DNA of 46,454 bases from Candidatus Doudnabacteria bacterium (GCA_023246055.1 JAHFJD010000002.1:1-46454); one strand, 5' to 3'; positions 37,224 through 46,454 are shown, counted from the stretch's first letter. Numbers and translations: made by a program. Notes: generated by a model from the letters alone, not told the origin.

Positions 37224-38480
37224 ATGAATTTTTTTGAAATCCAAAAAAAAGACCCAAAATCGCAAGCGCGGCTCGGGGTCATCAATACCGCTCACGGACC
37301 AGTTAAAACTCCAGCTTTTTTGCCAATTGGCACTAGAGGCTCTGTCAAAACCGTGACCGCAGAAGAGCTCCGATTTTGGGGAGCGGAAATGATCCTGGCT
37401 AACACCTATCATCTCTGGATGCGGCCTGGAGATACGTTAATTGCCAGGGCAGGCGGTTTGCACAAATTCATTGGCTGGGACGGACCTATTTTTACTGATT
37501 CTGGTGGATACCAAGTCTATTCTCTGGGAGAAAAAATCGTCTCGTCATTGCGAGGTAACCCGAAACAATCTAATTCAGAGATTGCCGCGCGGAGTACCGC
37601 TCGCAATGACCTGCAAGAGAAAGGTCCGATTCTCAAAGGCATTAGCAATGTTGGAGTCGAATTTCGAAACGAGCTTGATGGAGCGACTCATGTGCTAACT
37701 CCAGAGGAATCAATCCAGATCCAATCAAACCTCGGATCTGATATTGCGCTCGTGCTCGACGACGTGCCAGCACTGCCGGCGAGCAAGAAACGGCTGGAGG
37801 ATTCCCTAAGGCTCACCTTGCACTGGGCCAAACGCGCCAAATCGCATTACGAAAAGATAATCGAAGCATCGGTGAACCCTGGCCAAAAACTCTATGGCAT
37901 TGTGCAAGGCGGAGATTTGGAAGAGTTGAGAGCAAAATCTGTTCAAGGTCTGCAAAAAATCGGGTTTGACGGATACGGAATCGGGGGGCTAGCGATCGGT
38001 GCCGTAGCAGATAACCCTGAAATAATGTACCGCGTGATCAAAGCTACAACTCCGCACCTCGAAGAAAACAAACCCCGACACCTGCTGGGTGTCGGTTATC
38101 CCGAACAAATTGTCAAGGCTGTGAGCCTCGGCATAGATACTTTCGATTGCGTCATTCCCACGAGAAACGCTCGTCATGCCCAGCTATTTGTGAATTCCAA
38201 GACCTCTCCTTTCTCCCCTCCTAGTGAGGAGGGGTCGGGGGAGGTTAAAAATTATGATCTCATCACCATCACGAACGCTCAATTCAAAGAGGACTTCACC
38301 CCAGTTGACAATACCTGCTCGTGCTACCTCTGCCTGCATCACAACCGCGCGTATTTGCGGCACTTATTCATGAGTGGGGAGCCGCTCGGCATCAGGCTTG
38401 CCACCATGCACAATCTGCGATTCTATCTAGATCTCATGGAAAAAATCCGCCGCGCTATTGAATTTGATTCGTTAGTTTAA
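37224..38480 (+). CDS. tgt: tRNA-guanine transglycosylase
   Basis: NTYHL, TDSGGYQ, GIVQGG, FDCVIPTRNAR, CSCYLC. Confidence 0.97.
   Translation: MNFFEIQKKDPKSQARLGVINTAHGPVKTPAFLPIGTRGSVKTVTAEELRFWGAEMILANTYHLWMRPGDTLIARAGGLHKFIGWDGPIFTDSGGYQVYSLGEKIVSSLRGNPKQSNSEIAARSTARNDLQEKGPILKGISNVGVEFRNELDGATHVLTPEESIQIQSNLGSDIALVLDDVPALPASKKRLEDSLRLTLHWAKRAKSHYEKIIEASVNPGQKLYGIVQGGDLEELRAKSVQGLQKIGFDGYGIGGLAIGAVADNPEIMYRVIKATTPHLEENKPRHLLGVGYPEQIVKAVSLGIDTFDCVIPTRNARHAQLFVNSKTSPFSPPSEEGSGEVKNYDLITITNAQFKEDFTPVDNTCSCYLCLHHNRAYLRHLFMSGEPLGIRLATMHNLRFYLDLMEKIRRAIEFDSLV
37544..37610. repeat. In-frame 67-bp palindromic element in tgt
   Basis: GTCATTGCGAG...CAATCT...AGATTG...CTCGCAATGAC. Confidence 0.88.
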
Positions 38481-38572
38481 CCGTCTAGCTTCAATCCGAC
38501 TTTTTCGGCGAGTTGCAAAATCCATTTTTCATGTCTGGCGTTCTTGTTTGCCAAGGGTGCATATTCTGGCTG
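38477..38572 (-). pseudogene. C-terminal remnant of a coiled-coil protein related to 43837 and 44891
   Basis: Translates QPEYAPLANKNARHEKWILQLAEKVGLKLDG*; no start codon. Confidence 0.65.
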
Positions 38573-38585
38573 CCAAAAACGAAAA

Positions 38586-38900
38586 CTACCTGATTTGAAA
38601 CATTCTTTTTATCCTATCGGCTAATTCAATTTCATTTAGACCACGCAGGTGTTTCACGAGCGCTGGTTTGTCACGCACCATTTCATCAAATGTTTGCCTG
38701 GCTTCGTTACGCGCCTTCTCGAGTGCGTCAAACTGTGCACGGTTGTCATCGACATGCTGATGGACCTCCGCAAAGTCATCAAAACCACCCATCCTTGCGA
38801 CGAATTCATTTGCTGCGTCCACAGCTTTAGACAAAGTTCTGGCCAAATTGACCTGCTCATCGAGCGATAATAGTTGCGGTTCTGTATGTTCGCCTTCCAT
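38586..38900 (-). CDS. Hypothetical protein
   Basis: 104-aa helical ORF. Confidence 0.7.
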   Translation of the reverse strand: MEGEHTEPQLLSLDEQVNLARTLSKAVDAANEFVARMGGFDDFAEVHQHVDDNRAQFDALEKARNEARQTFDEMVRDKPALVKHLRGLNEIELADRIKRMFQIR

Positions 38901-38999
38901 ATAATTTTCTTCTATTTAATTGTGTAAATGGGGCATAGGTACATTATAAACTCAGTACCTAAGAAGTCAAAAACCGCCACTAGGACGGTTTTGAAGCTA

Positions 39000-41225
39000 T
39001 TATTGTTTTGCTATATACCGATTGAGATCTGGTTTGCCGTGCGGGCGGCTGCCGCGCGGGCCGCCTCTATGACTGCCGTGGTCTCCGCCGCGGGGTCGGT
39101 CATAGCCGCCTGAACTACCAGTATCGCCACCAGGCAAGAGTGCTTTGCGCGACAAATTGATGCGGCCCATGTCATCAACTGCAATTACTTTCACCCTCAC
39201 CAGGTCGCCAATATTGACCACATCAGTAACTTTTTCCACGCGCCGGTTCTCCAGCTCGGAAATATGAATCATTCCGTCTTGCCCGGGAAGGATTTCTACA
39301 AACGCGCCGAAATCCAAAATCTTGACCACTTTTCCCTCAAACTCTTCACCTGGCATAACTTCACGCACAAGATTTTTGATCCAGTCCACAGCTTTTATCG
39401 CTGCGGCAGCATCAGTTGAGGTAATCATCACCATTCCATCGTCCTCAATATCTATTTTCACTCCAGTCTCGGCAATGATGTTGTTTATTACCTTGCCACC
39501 TGGGCCGATTACTTCGCGAATCTTTTCAGGATTGATCATAAACGAAGTGATACGCGGCGCGTATTGTGACATTTCCGCACGAGGAGCCGGAATCGCGGCT
39601 AGCATCTTCTCTAGGATAAACATGCGACCAGTTTTTGCTTGCTCGAGTGCTGCAGTCAAAATTTCCACTGTCAGCCCTTTGACCTTGATATCAAGCTGCA
39701 GCGCTGTGATGCCATCTTTTGTGCCGGCCACCTTGAAATCCATGTGCCCGTTGCCGTCCTCGATTCCTTGAATATCACTCAAGATTTTATAATCCCCATC
39801 GCTGCCCATAACGAGACCCATGGCTATCCCTGAGACTGGGGATTTTATAGGGACTCCGGCATCCATAAGCGCCAGGGTACTTCCACACGTGGAGCCCATT
39901 GACGTTGAACCATTTGAGGATAAAACCTCGGAGACTAAACGGACCGTGTATGGAAAATCTTCTTTCTTTGGAATCATCGGCACAAGTGCTCGCTCTGCAA
40001 GCGCTCCGTGCCCGATCTCGCGTCTTCCCGGAGAACGCAAAGGCTGGACCTCGCCCACAGAATACCCAGGAAAATTATAATGATGGATATAGCGCTTGTC
40101 CCGCTCAAGAGGAGTATCAAGGTCTTCTAGAAGCTGCACATCATCTGGCCCGCCCAAAGTGACTGTTGTCAGAACCTGGGTTTCCCCCCTTTGGAAGAGT
40201 CCAGAACCGTGCACGCGCGGTAGGAGCCCGACCTCACAACTGATTGGTCTGATCTGATCGAGAGCTCTGCCATCCACTCTTTTGTCCTGTTTGAGGATCG
40301 ACTGCTGGATGAGAGTCTTCATCATTTTTTCAAAAGCGTACTCAGCATGCTTTTCCAGGTTTTCATCCTCGCCCGAGGCTTCACGGATTATCTTTTCCCT
40401 GGCAAGAGAAATGCGATTCTCGCGTTCAGCGCGATCAGTAGTAAACAAGGCATCAGAGAGTTCTTTCTCTGCTTGGTAAACCCGCTCCGCAACTTGCTCA
40501 TCGGGAGCAAACAGCGTGAGTTGTTTTTTTGGCGCGCCCGCATTTTTGCGGATATGTTTGATTGCGGCGATAATATTTTTGATATGTCCCTGCGCAAATC
40601 TGATAGCTTCCAACATTTCCGGCTCTGATACTTCATGCGCCCCTGCTTCCACCATGATGATATGATCCTCTGTGCCGGAAACTATGAGATCGAGGGTGCT
40701 TTCGTTTGCTATCTGGGTAAATGACGGGTTCAAAACAAGCTTACCACCGATTTTACCAACCCTGACTCCCGCGACCGGTCCGTCCCACGGAATGTCGGAA
40801 ATTTCAATGGCCGCGGAAGCGGCAGAAAGCCCGATGATATCCGGATCATTTTCTCCGTCAACAGAGAGCACGGTTACTACGACCTGAATGTCATTTCGAA
40901 TATTGCTATCAAACATGGGCCGCAGGCTCCGGTCAATGACCCGTCCAGAAAGGATCGCCTCGTCAGAAGGCCGCCCCTCACGCTTCACCCACCGCGACCC
41001 TTTGATTTTGCCGGCTGCGTAAAGCTTTTCTTCATAATCCACCATCAGCGGCAAATAATCAATGCCATCGCGCGGTTTGCTGCCCATCACCACAGTGCCC
41101 ATCACCACAGTGTCGCCAACACGGATGGTTGCTGATCCGGAAGCCTGCATAGCAAATTTACCTGTACCAAGGGTCCAGGTTTTACCGTCAAGCTTCGCAT
41201 CCAGCGAATATTCTTTTGTACTCAT
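39000..41225 (-). CDS. pnp: Polyribonucleotide nucleotidyltransferase
   Basis: [23 protein letters not shown] and S1 domains. Confidence 0.98.
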   Translation of the reverse strand: MSTKEYSLDAKLDGKTWTLGTGKFAMQASGSATIRVGDTVVMGTVVMGSKPRDGIDYLPLMVDYEEKLYAAGKIKGSRWVKREGRPSDEAILSGRVIDRSLRPMFDSNIRNDIQVVVTVLSVDGENDPDIIGLSAASAAIEISDIPWDGPVAGVRVGKIGGKLVLNPSFTQIANESTLDLIVSGTEDHIIMVEAGAHEVSEPEMLEAIRFAQGHIKNIIAAIKHIRKNAGAPKKQLTLFAPDEQVAERVYQAEKELSDALFTTDRAERENRISLAREKIIREASGEDENLEKHAEYAFEKMMKTLIQQSILKQDKRVDGRALDQIRPISCEVGLLPRVHGSGLFQRGETQVLTTVTLGGPDDVQLLEDLDTPLERDKRYIHHYNFPGYSVGEVQPLRSPGRREIGHGALAERALVPMIPKKEDFPYTVRLVSEVLSSNGSTSMGSTCGSTLALMDAGVPIKSPVSGIAMGLVMGSDGDYKILSDIQGIEDGNGHMDFKVAGTKDGITALQLDIKVKGLTVEILTAALEQAKTGRMFILEKMLAAIPAPRAEMSQYAPRITSFMINPEKIREVIGPGGKVINNIIAETGVKIDIEDDGMVMITSTDAAAAIKAVDWIKNLVREVMPGEEFEGKVVKILDFGAFVEILPGQDGMIHISELENRRVEKVTDVVNIGDLVRVKVIAVDDMGRINLSRKALLPGGDTGSSGGYDRPRGGDHGSHRGGPRGSRPHGKPDLNRYIAKQ

Positions 41226-41233
41226 TATCTTTT

Positions 41234-41321
41234 GGTTTCTTCCGGCAATCGCGTTTTTGAGAAAATCCCGTCCTGTAATCGTACAAGCTAAGATCCTCTC
41301 AACAACGTTCCCGGAGAAACC
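41234..41321 (-). promoter_or_regulatory. Long hairpin in the pnp 5' UTR (candidate RNase III site)
   Basis: GGTTTCTCCGG/CCGGAAGAAACC, TTGAGAGGATCTT/GGGATTTTCTCAA, CTTGTA/TACAGG nested pairings. Confidence 0.7.
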
Positions 41322-41454
41322 CTTATCTATCACTCCCGTCCGCCTAAAGCGGAGGAATACAGTTACTTATTACTTATAACTTATCTTTTTGTATTTATGC
41401 AAGGATTTTACCAAATTCCACCGGCTTACGCAAGCCCGCTACATTTATAGTGAT

Positions 41455-43109
41455 TTACGCCCCAGGATTTCTGGTCACAAGGTTACTGACAATCGTCACA
41501 ATGGCATAAGCCATGATAATGATGACAATGCCGATGACAGCGCCGGTGATGGTTTTTTTGGCTTTTTCCGTGGCTTCCTCATTGCCGCGCGCGGCAATAT
41601 ACTGAAACCCGCCGACTAGCAAGAACAGGACAGCAATGCCGCCAGCAAAATACAGCATCCAGCCAATAGCCCTGGTGAGCAGGGAACCGAAATCCCTGAT
41701 ATCGACGAGGTAGTTTGGGGCAGGGTTTTGGATTCCACCGCTGCCACCTCCACCTGTGCCAGTATTTCCTGCACCGCCTGAGTTAGTGTTGTTTATTCCG
41801 CCACTATTAGTTCCCGCATTACCGGCACCAGCATTTGAATTCTGCACGTTAACAGAAATTTCTGCGGGAACAGCTTGGTTCCCTGAACTATCTTGACCTG
41901 TCGCCACAAATGTATGCTCGCCATTGGAAAGCGTACTGGTATCAAGATTGACAGTAAAAAAGGGGCGGCGACTCCGCTTCCCATAGAAACGTCATCGGCC
42001 TTGATGTCGGGACTAATATCATCCCGACTGCTCCCCCAATCAGATGCATAGACCGTAACTGGAACAGTACCAGAGACTGTTGAATCGTCTGCCGGGCTAG
42101 TGAAATGAATCGTCGGCGACTTTGGATCGCAGGACAGCCATTTGCCCGCGGCATTGGGAGAAACTCTCACGCTCACCGAAAGGCTTGAAGGATCAGAAAT
42201 ACTAGGCTCAACGGTGAGTACGGACTCGAGGCTATGAGCAGCTATTTCTGCGTCAGAAAGACCGTCGCGGAAAACGTCAATGGTTTTTTGTGCGCCTGGT
42301 TGAAGTGTGTACGTATAAACCAGCATGTCCTGCGTACGTATTGGTGGACCCGTTGGACATAGATGTTGAGCCGTGCCCTGGAACCCGCTATAGAGGTGAT
42401 TTCGCACCGTAAAAGTAACTGGGACTGATTTATTGTTGGTCAGTGTCATTTTTGTCTGCCACCCGTTAGGCCAATCGGGCCAGTTGTGCCAAAAATTCCC
42501 ATACGATGTAAAGAACACCTTCTGGTCAGGGTCCCAACTAGTTGGAATATCTGAACCCCAAACATCCCATCCCTTAAAATACGCATCTTCTAAACTATTT
42601 TGTGATGATCCCCGGATCGTGAAAAGATGAGGATCAAATGAGTAAAACGGCTTCGCTGAAATCCCATTGTAATCTATGCTCTCAATGATGACTGTGCCTG
42701 TCCACTGGAAGGGCCTATTATCTTGGACCCCAGGAAAAGAAACATTCATAAAATTCCAGTTCGTCCCTATCCATGGATTTGAAGGAGTGTAACCGCTAAT
42801 TTCGCGGGGTCCGTAATACGCGGAGCAACCGCCCGTTACATGCGGACAATCGATTACATAGTTTGGATCGTCCGATATGAATGAAACTTGTACCCATGTA
42901 GTATCTGGATTCGGATTGCCTATTCCAGCAGCAAAATCTTGGACTTCCCAGCCTGGAGAAATCTCTTTGGCATACGCTTCCATTCCGGTATATTCAAAGC
43001 GGATCTGTTTTGTGGCAGCTGCTGCTGGCAAGGCAAAATAAAATCCTCCTAAAAAGACACCTAAAATCAAAAAAAAATTGATAAAGTTCAGGAGGTTATT
43101 TATTTTCAT
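41455..43109 (-). pseudogene. Frameshifted surface protein: signal peptide, beta-rich domain, Ig-like domain, G/N linker, C-terminal VirB2-like pilin
   Basis: Ig-like text (TVNLDTSTLSNGEHTFVAT) continues in another frame across the T6 run at 41956-41961; C-terminus GGFQYIAARGNEEATEKAKKTI. Confidence 0.8.
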
Positions 43110-43193
43110 GGCAACTTTGAATTTGGTTTCGGTGTAGGAATGACCTAACCATTTTCTGTCATTCCTGGGAAATGCGGGAATCCAGATAACGGA

Positions 43194-43460
43194 TCATTTC
43201 TTCAACTTCAATTTCTCCACAATCTTTTCGTGCCGTTTTTCGTCTTCGCCCTTGAGGTATCGAAGTAACCGGCGGCGGTTGCCAACCATCTTCAAAAGCC
43301 CACGGCGGGAGTGGTTATCCTTTTTGTGCTTCTCCAAGTGCTTTGCCACCTCTTCGATTTCCGTTGTCAAAATCGCGATCTGCACCTCGGGAGACCCGGT
43401 ATCACCCTTATGGGTCTGAAATTTTTTGATTATGGTTTCCTTTTGCTTATTCGACAGCAT
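43194..43460 (-). CDS. rpsO: 30S ribosomal protein S15
   Basis: [24 protein letters not shown]. Confidence 0.99.
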   Translation of the reverse strand: MLSNKQKETIIKKFQTHKGDTGSPEVQIAILTTEIEEVAKHLEKHKKDNHSRRGLLKMVGNRRRLLRYLKGEDEKRHEKIVEKLKLKK

Positions 43461-43706
43461 GAAAAGAATATTAACATAAAGTTTCCTAGCCTGCAAGTCG
43501 TCAAAATTTCGTTTTTCTCTCCTGGGACGGGAAGAATCAAGGAGGAATCTTGCCTCTCCCTCTTCCATTCCCTCGCCCCCTTACGGGGAGAGTGTTAGGG
43601 TGAGGGGTAGAGATAAGAATCTTAATTCGTTCCCGGCCCGGGAGAGGAGCGAATCGCGATATTTCGTGCGATTCGCTCGGGACTGTATTGAAATGACTGC
43701 CTGCCT

Positions 43707-43811
43707 TCCCGAAGCCAAGCTGTTGAATTTGTCTCGGCTCGGGCGCCGAGTTCCAGAAACGAGTTTGGGTGCTAGATTAACATCCAAAATTGTGTCCAAA
43801 ATTTGACATTC
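43707..43811. repeat. 105-bp repeat A, copy 1
   Basis: Identical to 44760-44864. Confidence 0.95.
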
Positions 43812-43836
43812 GATTAAAAAAGAATAAACTGGAAAT

Positions 43837-44151
43837 ATGAGTGAACTCACCAAAGAACATTTTGACAAAGGGTTGGAAAAACCTATTACCAATAAATATC
43901 TACTTGATTTTACAAGGGAGATTATTTTTCCGGGTGTTCGGGAAATTGTTCGAGAAGAGAATATAAAATTCAGAGACGATATCCTCACCAGCAATTACAA
44001 ACTGGCAAAAAAACTTGATCAGATTCTCAAAGAACAACAAGCGATCACCGCCGGCTTCAAACGGCTACAAGATCGAATTAACTACCTCGAAGCTGTAGTC
44101 AAAGTCTTGGCTGAAAAAGAAGGTCTGCAATTTTCTCCCCCAGAATCCTAA
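43837..44151 (+). CDS. Small coiled-coil protein
   Basis: Heptad pattern; TTGACA-N16-TAAACT just upstream; terminator at 44152-44175. Confidence 0.85.
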   Translation: MSELTKEHFDKGLEKPITNKYLLDFTREIIFPGVREIVREENIKFRDDILTSNYKLAKKLDQILKEQQAITAGFKRLQDRINYLEAVVKVLAEKEGLQFSPPES

Positions 44152-44279
44152 ACTGCCGCATAGGCGGTTTTTTGTTATTCACTTTTCAAAGTACTTTCTT
44201 TCCGCGCGAATCCCATCCTTTGACCAATCTTGAATCCATTTCTCTTTGCGTCATTCCCGCGGAGGCGGGAATCCAGCCC

Positions 44280-44367
44280 TCAAAGAACTATCCGCAACTC
44301 CTAAATCCACAATTGATAATTCTGAACTTGGGAGTGAGAAAGTCGAAGCTCTGCTTGCGACTTTCTC
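44280..44367 (-). ncRNA. Structured element B, copy 1
   Basis: Hairpin, then CTCCCAAGTTC/GGATTTAGGAG stem, then GGATAGTTCTTTGA. Confidence 0.55.
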
Positions 44368-44375
44368 GTGGCTGT

Positions 44376-44522
44376 CTAAAAGAACCGGTTTCTGTTTCGC
44401 TCGCGTCTCCGCCTGGCCGAACTGTTTACAACCCACAGTGCGATCAGATTGAGCGCTATCAAAATCATGAACATCATTATCCCAACAGCGTACTGATCTG
44501 CGGTAGCCTGCTGCGGACTCAT
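44376..44522 (-). CDS. 48-aa single-TM protein with Arg-rich tail (not in ORF track)
   Basis: MSPQQATADQYAVGIMMFMILIALNLIALWVVNSSARRRRERNRNRFF; GGAGG SD and ATGA overlap with the upstream ORF. Confidence 0.7.
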   Translation of the reverse strand: MSPQQATADQYAVGIMMFMILIALNLIALWVVNSSARRRRERNRNRFF

Positions 44523-44728
44523 CGTCGCCTCCATAAAAGAGGTTCATGGCATGACGGCGCATGGTCACTGGCAATCGCCGCGAACCAGTTAATGGCTGCG
44601 GCGACGATCACTGCTGATAATACTGGTGCAACCTTGATCAGATACAACGGAGCGAAGAAAATTCCGAGACCGAACAGCACCAAGCTCAGCACCATCGCGC
44701 TAAGGTTCATCCGAAACCAAATGTACAT
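44519..44728 (-). CDS. 69-aa two-TM protein
   Basis: Hydrophobic ORF; AAGGGGG SD. Confidence 0.65.
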   Translation of the reverse strand: MYIWFRMNLSAMVLSLVLFGLGIFFAPLYLIKVAPVLSAVIVAAAINWFAAIASDHAPSCHEPLLWRRR

Positions 44729-44759
44729 TTAAACCCCCTTGAAACTGTTTTGCTCACCC

Positions 44760-44864
44760 TCCCGAAGCCAAGCTGTTGAATTTGTCTCGGCTCGGGCGCC
44801 GAGTTCCAGAAACGAGTTTGGGTGCTAGATTAACATCCAAAATTGTGTCCAAAATTTGACATTC
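44760..44864. repeat. 105-bp repeat A, copy 2
   Basis: Identical to 43707-43811. Confidence 0.95.
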
Positions 44865-44890
44865 AGTTTAAAAGGGCTAAACTTGGAAAT

Positions 44891-45172
44891 ATGAGCGATA
44901 ATGAACTTGACGAGCCGGTAACCAAAAGGTACTTGGGAGAGTTTACAGAAACCGTCCTGTTGCCTGCCATGTCCTCGATGATGGATGAAAAATTGAAACC
45001 CTTGGGGGACGATGTCCAAGCATTATCTGCTAAAGTTACTACTTATCTTGAACTTTCTGACAAACGTTATTTGGAACTCAAAAACAAATACAGACTGTTG
45101 GGCAAATGGGTCAAACAAATCGCTGACAAAACCGGAGTGAATATCGACATTACAGAACTGGAAAAATTCTGA
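44891..45172 (+). CDS. Small coiled-coil protein, paralog of 43837
   Basis: LDEPVTKRYLGEFTETVLLP vs LEKPITNKYLLDFTREIIFP; same promoter geometry and terminator. Confidence 0.85.
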   Translation: MSDNELDEPVTKRYLGEFTETVLLPAMSSMMDEKLKPLGDDVQALSAKVTTYLELSDKRYLELKNKYRLLGKWVKQIADKTGVNIDITELEKF

Positions 45173-45217
45173 CAAATTCTTTAACAGCTTAACCGCCACA
45201 TAGGCGGTTTTTTTAGC

Positions 45218-45341
45218 TTTCAAAGAGCTTTCCGTAACTCCTAAATCCACTTGTATCACAGATTTCTCGATCGAGAAATCTGTGATACAACCGAACTTGG
45301 GAGTTGGAGGAAACGACGTGCATGTTGCGCGCGCTTCCTCC
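45218..45341 (-). ncRNA. Structured element B, copy 2 (contains a 40-bp perfect palindrome)
   Basis: Same framework as copy 1; TTGTATCACAGATTTCTCGA|TCGAGAAATCTGTGATACAA at 45251-45290. Confidence 0.55.
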
Positions 45342-45713
45342 GAAAAAAACGATCAATCCTCCTTGATTATACTCTGACATCCGTGTCAGAGGCCTTGGAT
45401 TTTAGGCTTATATTTATGATTGCGAAGCTTTTTCACCTGAATTGATGATTCAAGTGCCACCGCACGCTTCAGATGCAATGCCGGAGTATTCACTCTCGGG
45501 CGGCCCTGCTCTTCCGGAAGAGCTGTGTCCGCTGTCCGTCCTGAAAGACTTCAGGCAATAGTCGCTGGGTATCACGCCAGTTTCCCTTTGCCAAATAGTC
45601 CACACCTTCAGGAAAGCTGCAAGACGAATCTCGCAACAGGTTCCGCGTTTGTGGACGCGGCCGAAGACAGAATCCGAAAAATTGCTTTCTCGGAGAGTCT
45701 TCTGGATGCAAAG

Positions 45714-45995
45714 TTACAGTAGTAAAGAGTCTACTACCTCCAGCCACTCAATCCCGTTATGGGTGGCCACGGAAATTGCTTCGGCAATCTCGCTAAGATT
45801 GCCGAATTTCGCCGCAACTTTTAGTTGCGACAGAAACCCTTGATGGTGGGCATGCGCCCACATTGCACTATTGGACTCTTCGGCCCAATTAGCGCAGTCC
45901 ATCGAACAGCAGGCTATGCCGTTCGGTTCAACCAACCGGGCCATGACCGGATGGTTGAAAAACTCTTTTTTGCAATAATAACACTGCATCTGCAT
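45714..45995 (-). CDS. Small Cys-rich protein (TRASH/zinc-finger-like)
   Basis: CYYCKKEF...CCSMDCA; AGGAG SD. Confidence 0.65.
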   Translation of the reverse strand: MQMQCYYCKKEFFNHPVMARLVEPNGIACCSMDCANWAEESNSAMWAHAHHQGFLSQLKVAAKFGNLSEIAEAISVATHNGIEWLEVVDSLLL

Positions 45996-46307
45996 TTTTT
46001 TCTCCTAACCCACCTGCTTCTTGCGAAGTTCAGGTGTTATGCGGGTATGTTGCGCGGCTTTCATTGCGCCTTCCGTGACCATACAAACACGGCCTGTAGA
46101 AACTTTTAGGGTTATTCTCCCATGGGTGGCGCCCCAATCTTTCCTTGCGAAAAGCAACCTGGATACTTTCTTTCTTCTTGCTGTTTCAAATTCAGCAACC
46201 ACAATGTGTGGATCCCAGGTCCCTCCAGAGGCGGGCAGGCAAGCCGGGGATGACAAACTTTTTAACGAAAATAACCAGATAGCTTTCCGCAAAGAATACT
46301 ATTGATC

Positions 46308-46440
46308 TTTCAAAGAACTATCCAAAACTTCCAAATCCATTTGTTCCACAGTTTTAACGATCGTCAAATATGTGGAACTTCTGTTTTCCAGAAACGACTT
46401 TGGGCACCAGGTAGTAGAACCTTGCGGTACACTACCTGGC
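46308..46440 (-). ncRNA. Structured element B, copy 3
   Basis: Hairpin, CCCAAAGTC...GGATTTGG, then GGATAGTTCTTTGAAAG. Confidence 0.5.
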
Positions 46441-46454
46441 TTCGGCTAACATGG

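Noticed and set aside
41234..41321. SRP RNA
   Set aside because: No GGAA tetraloop or domain IV motif; it lies directly in the pnp leader.
234..46305. Numerous antisense and overlapping ORFs in the track (e.g. 290-865, 3627-4025, 43581-43994, 44172-44732)
   Set aside because: They are shadows of well-supported genes or run through repeats, with no motifs or SD.

Overview
Chromosomal window from a small-genome bacterium, most likely Patescibacteria/CPR. This is an inference from the alpha2-type GlyRS, the CPR-style pilin, the PaaX/Cas2-like gene, decaying purine genes and the many mini-repeats. The backbone is mostly minus-strand housekeeping genes: rpsL-rpsG-fusA, rpmB, parB, glyA, tsaC, leuS, tatD, metG, glyQS, tgt, pnp, rpsO, tRNA-Pro(GGG) and tRNA-Leu(CAA). 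It is interspersed with ORFan islets, two divergent radical SAM genes and an MNT-HEPN toxin-antitoxin pair. The most unusual signals are: (1) a PaaX/Cas2-like gene bracketed by two 36-bp bipartite dyad direct repeats; (2) a 43.7-46.4 kb modular array with an identical 105-bp repeat, diverged coiled-coil paralogs and three copies of a structurally conserved, boxA-ending RNA-like element; (3) a 71-nt tRNA-like gene with a shortened anticodon arm and G3:U70 behind an attenuator-like leader; (4) a split tRNA-Leu whose halves enclose a GIY-YIG gene plus an intact tRNA-Leu; (5) palindromic elements inserted in frame in many proteins, two of which bound a hydrolase domain inserted in LeuRS. All calls come from reading the sequence and ORF track by eye; no database searches were run.
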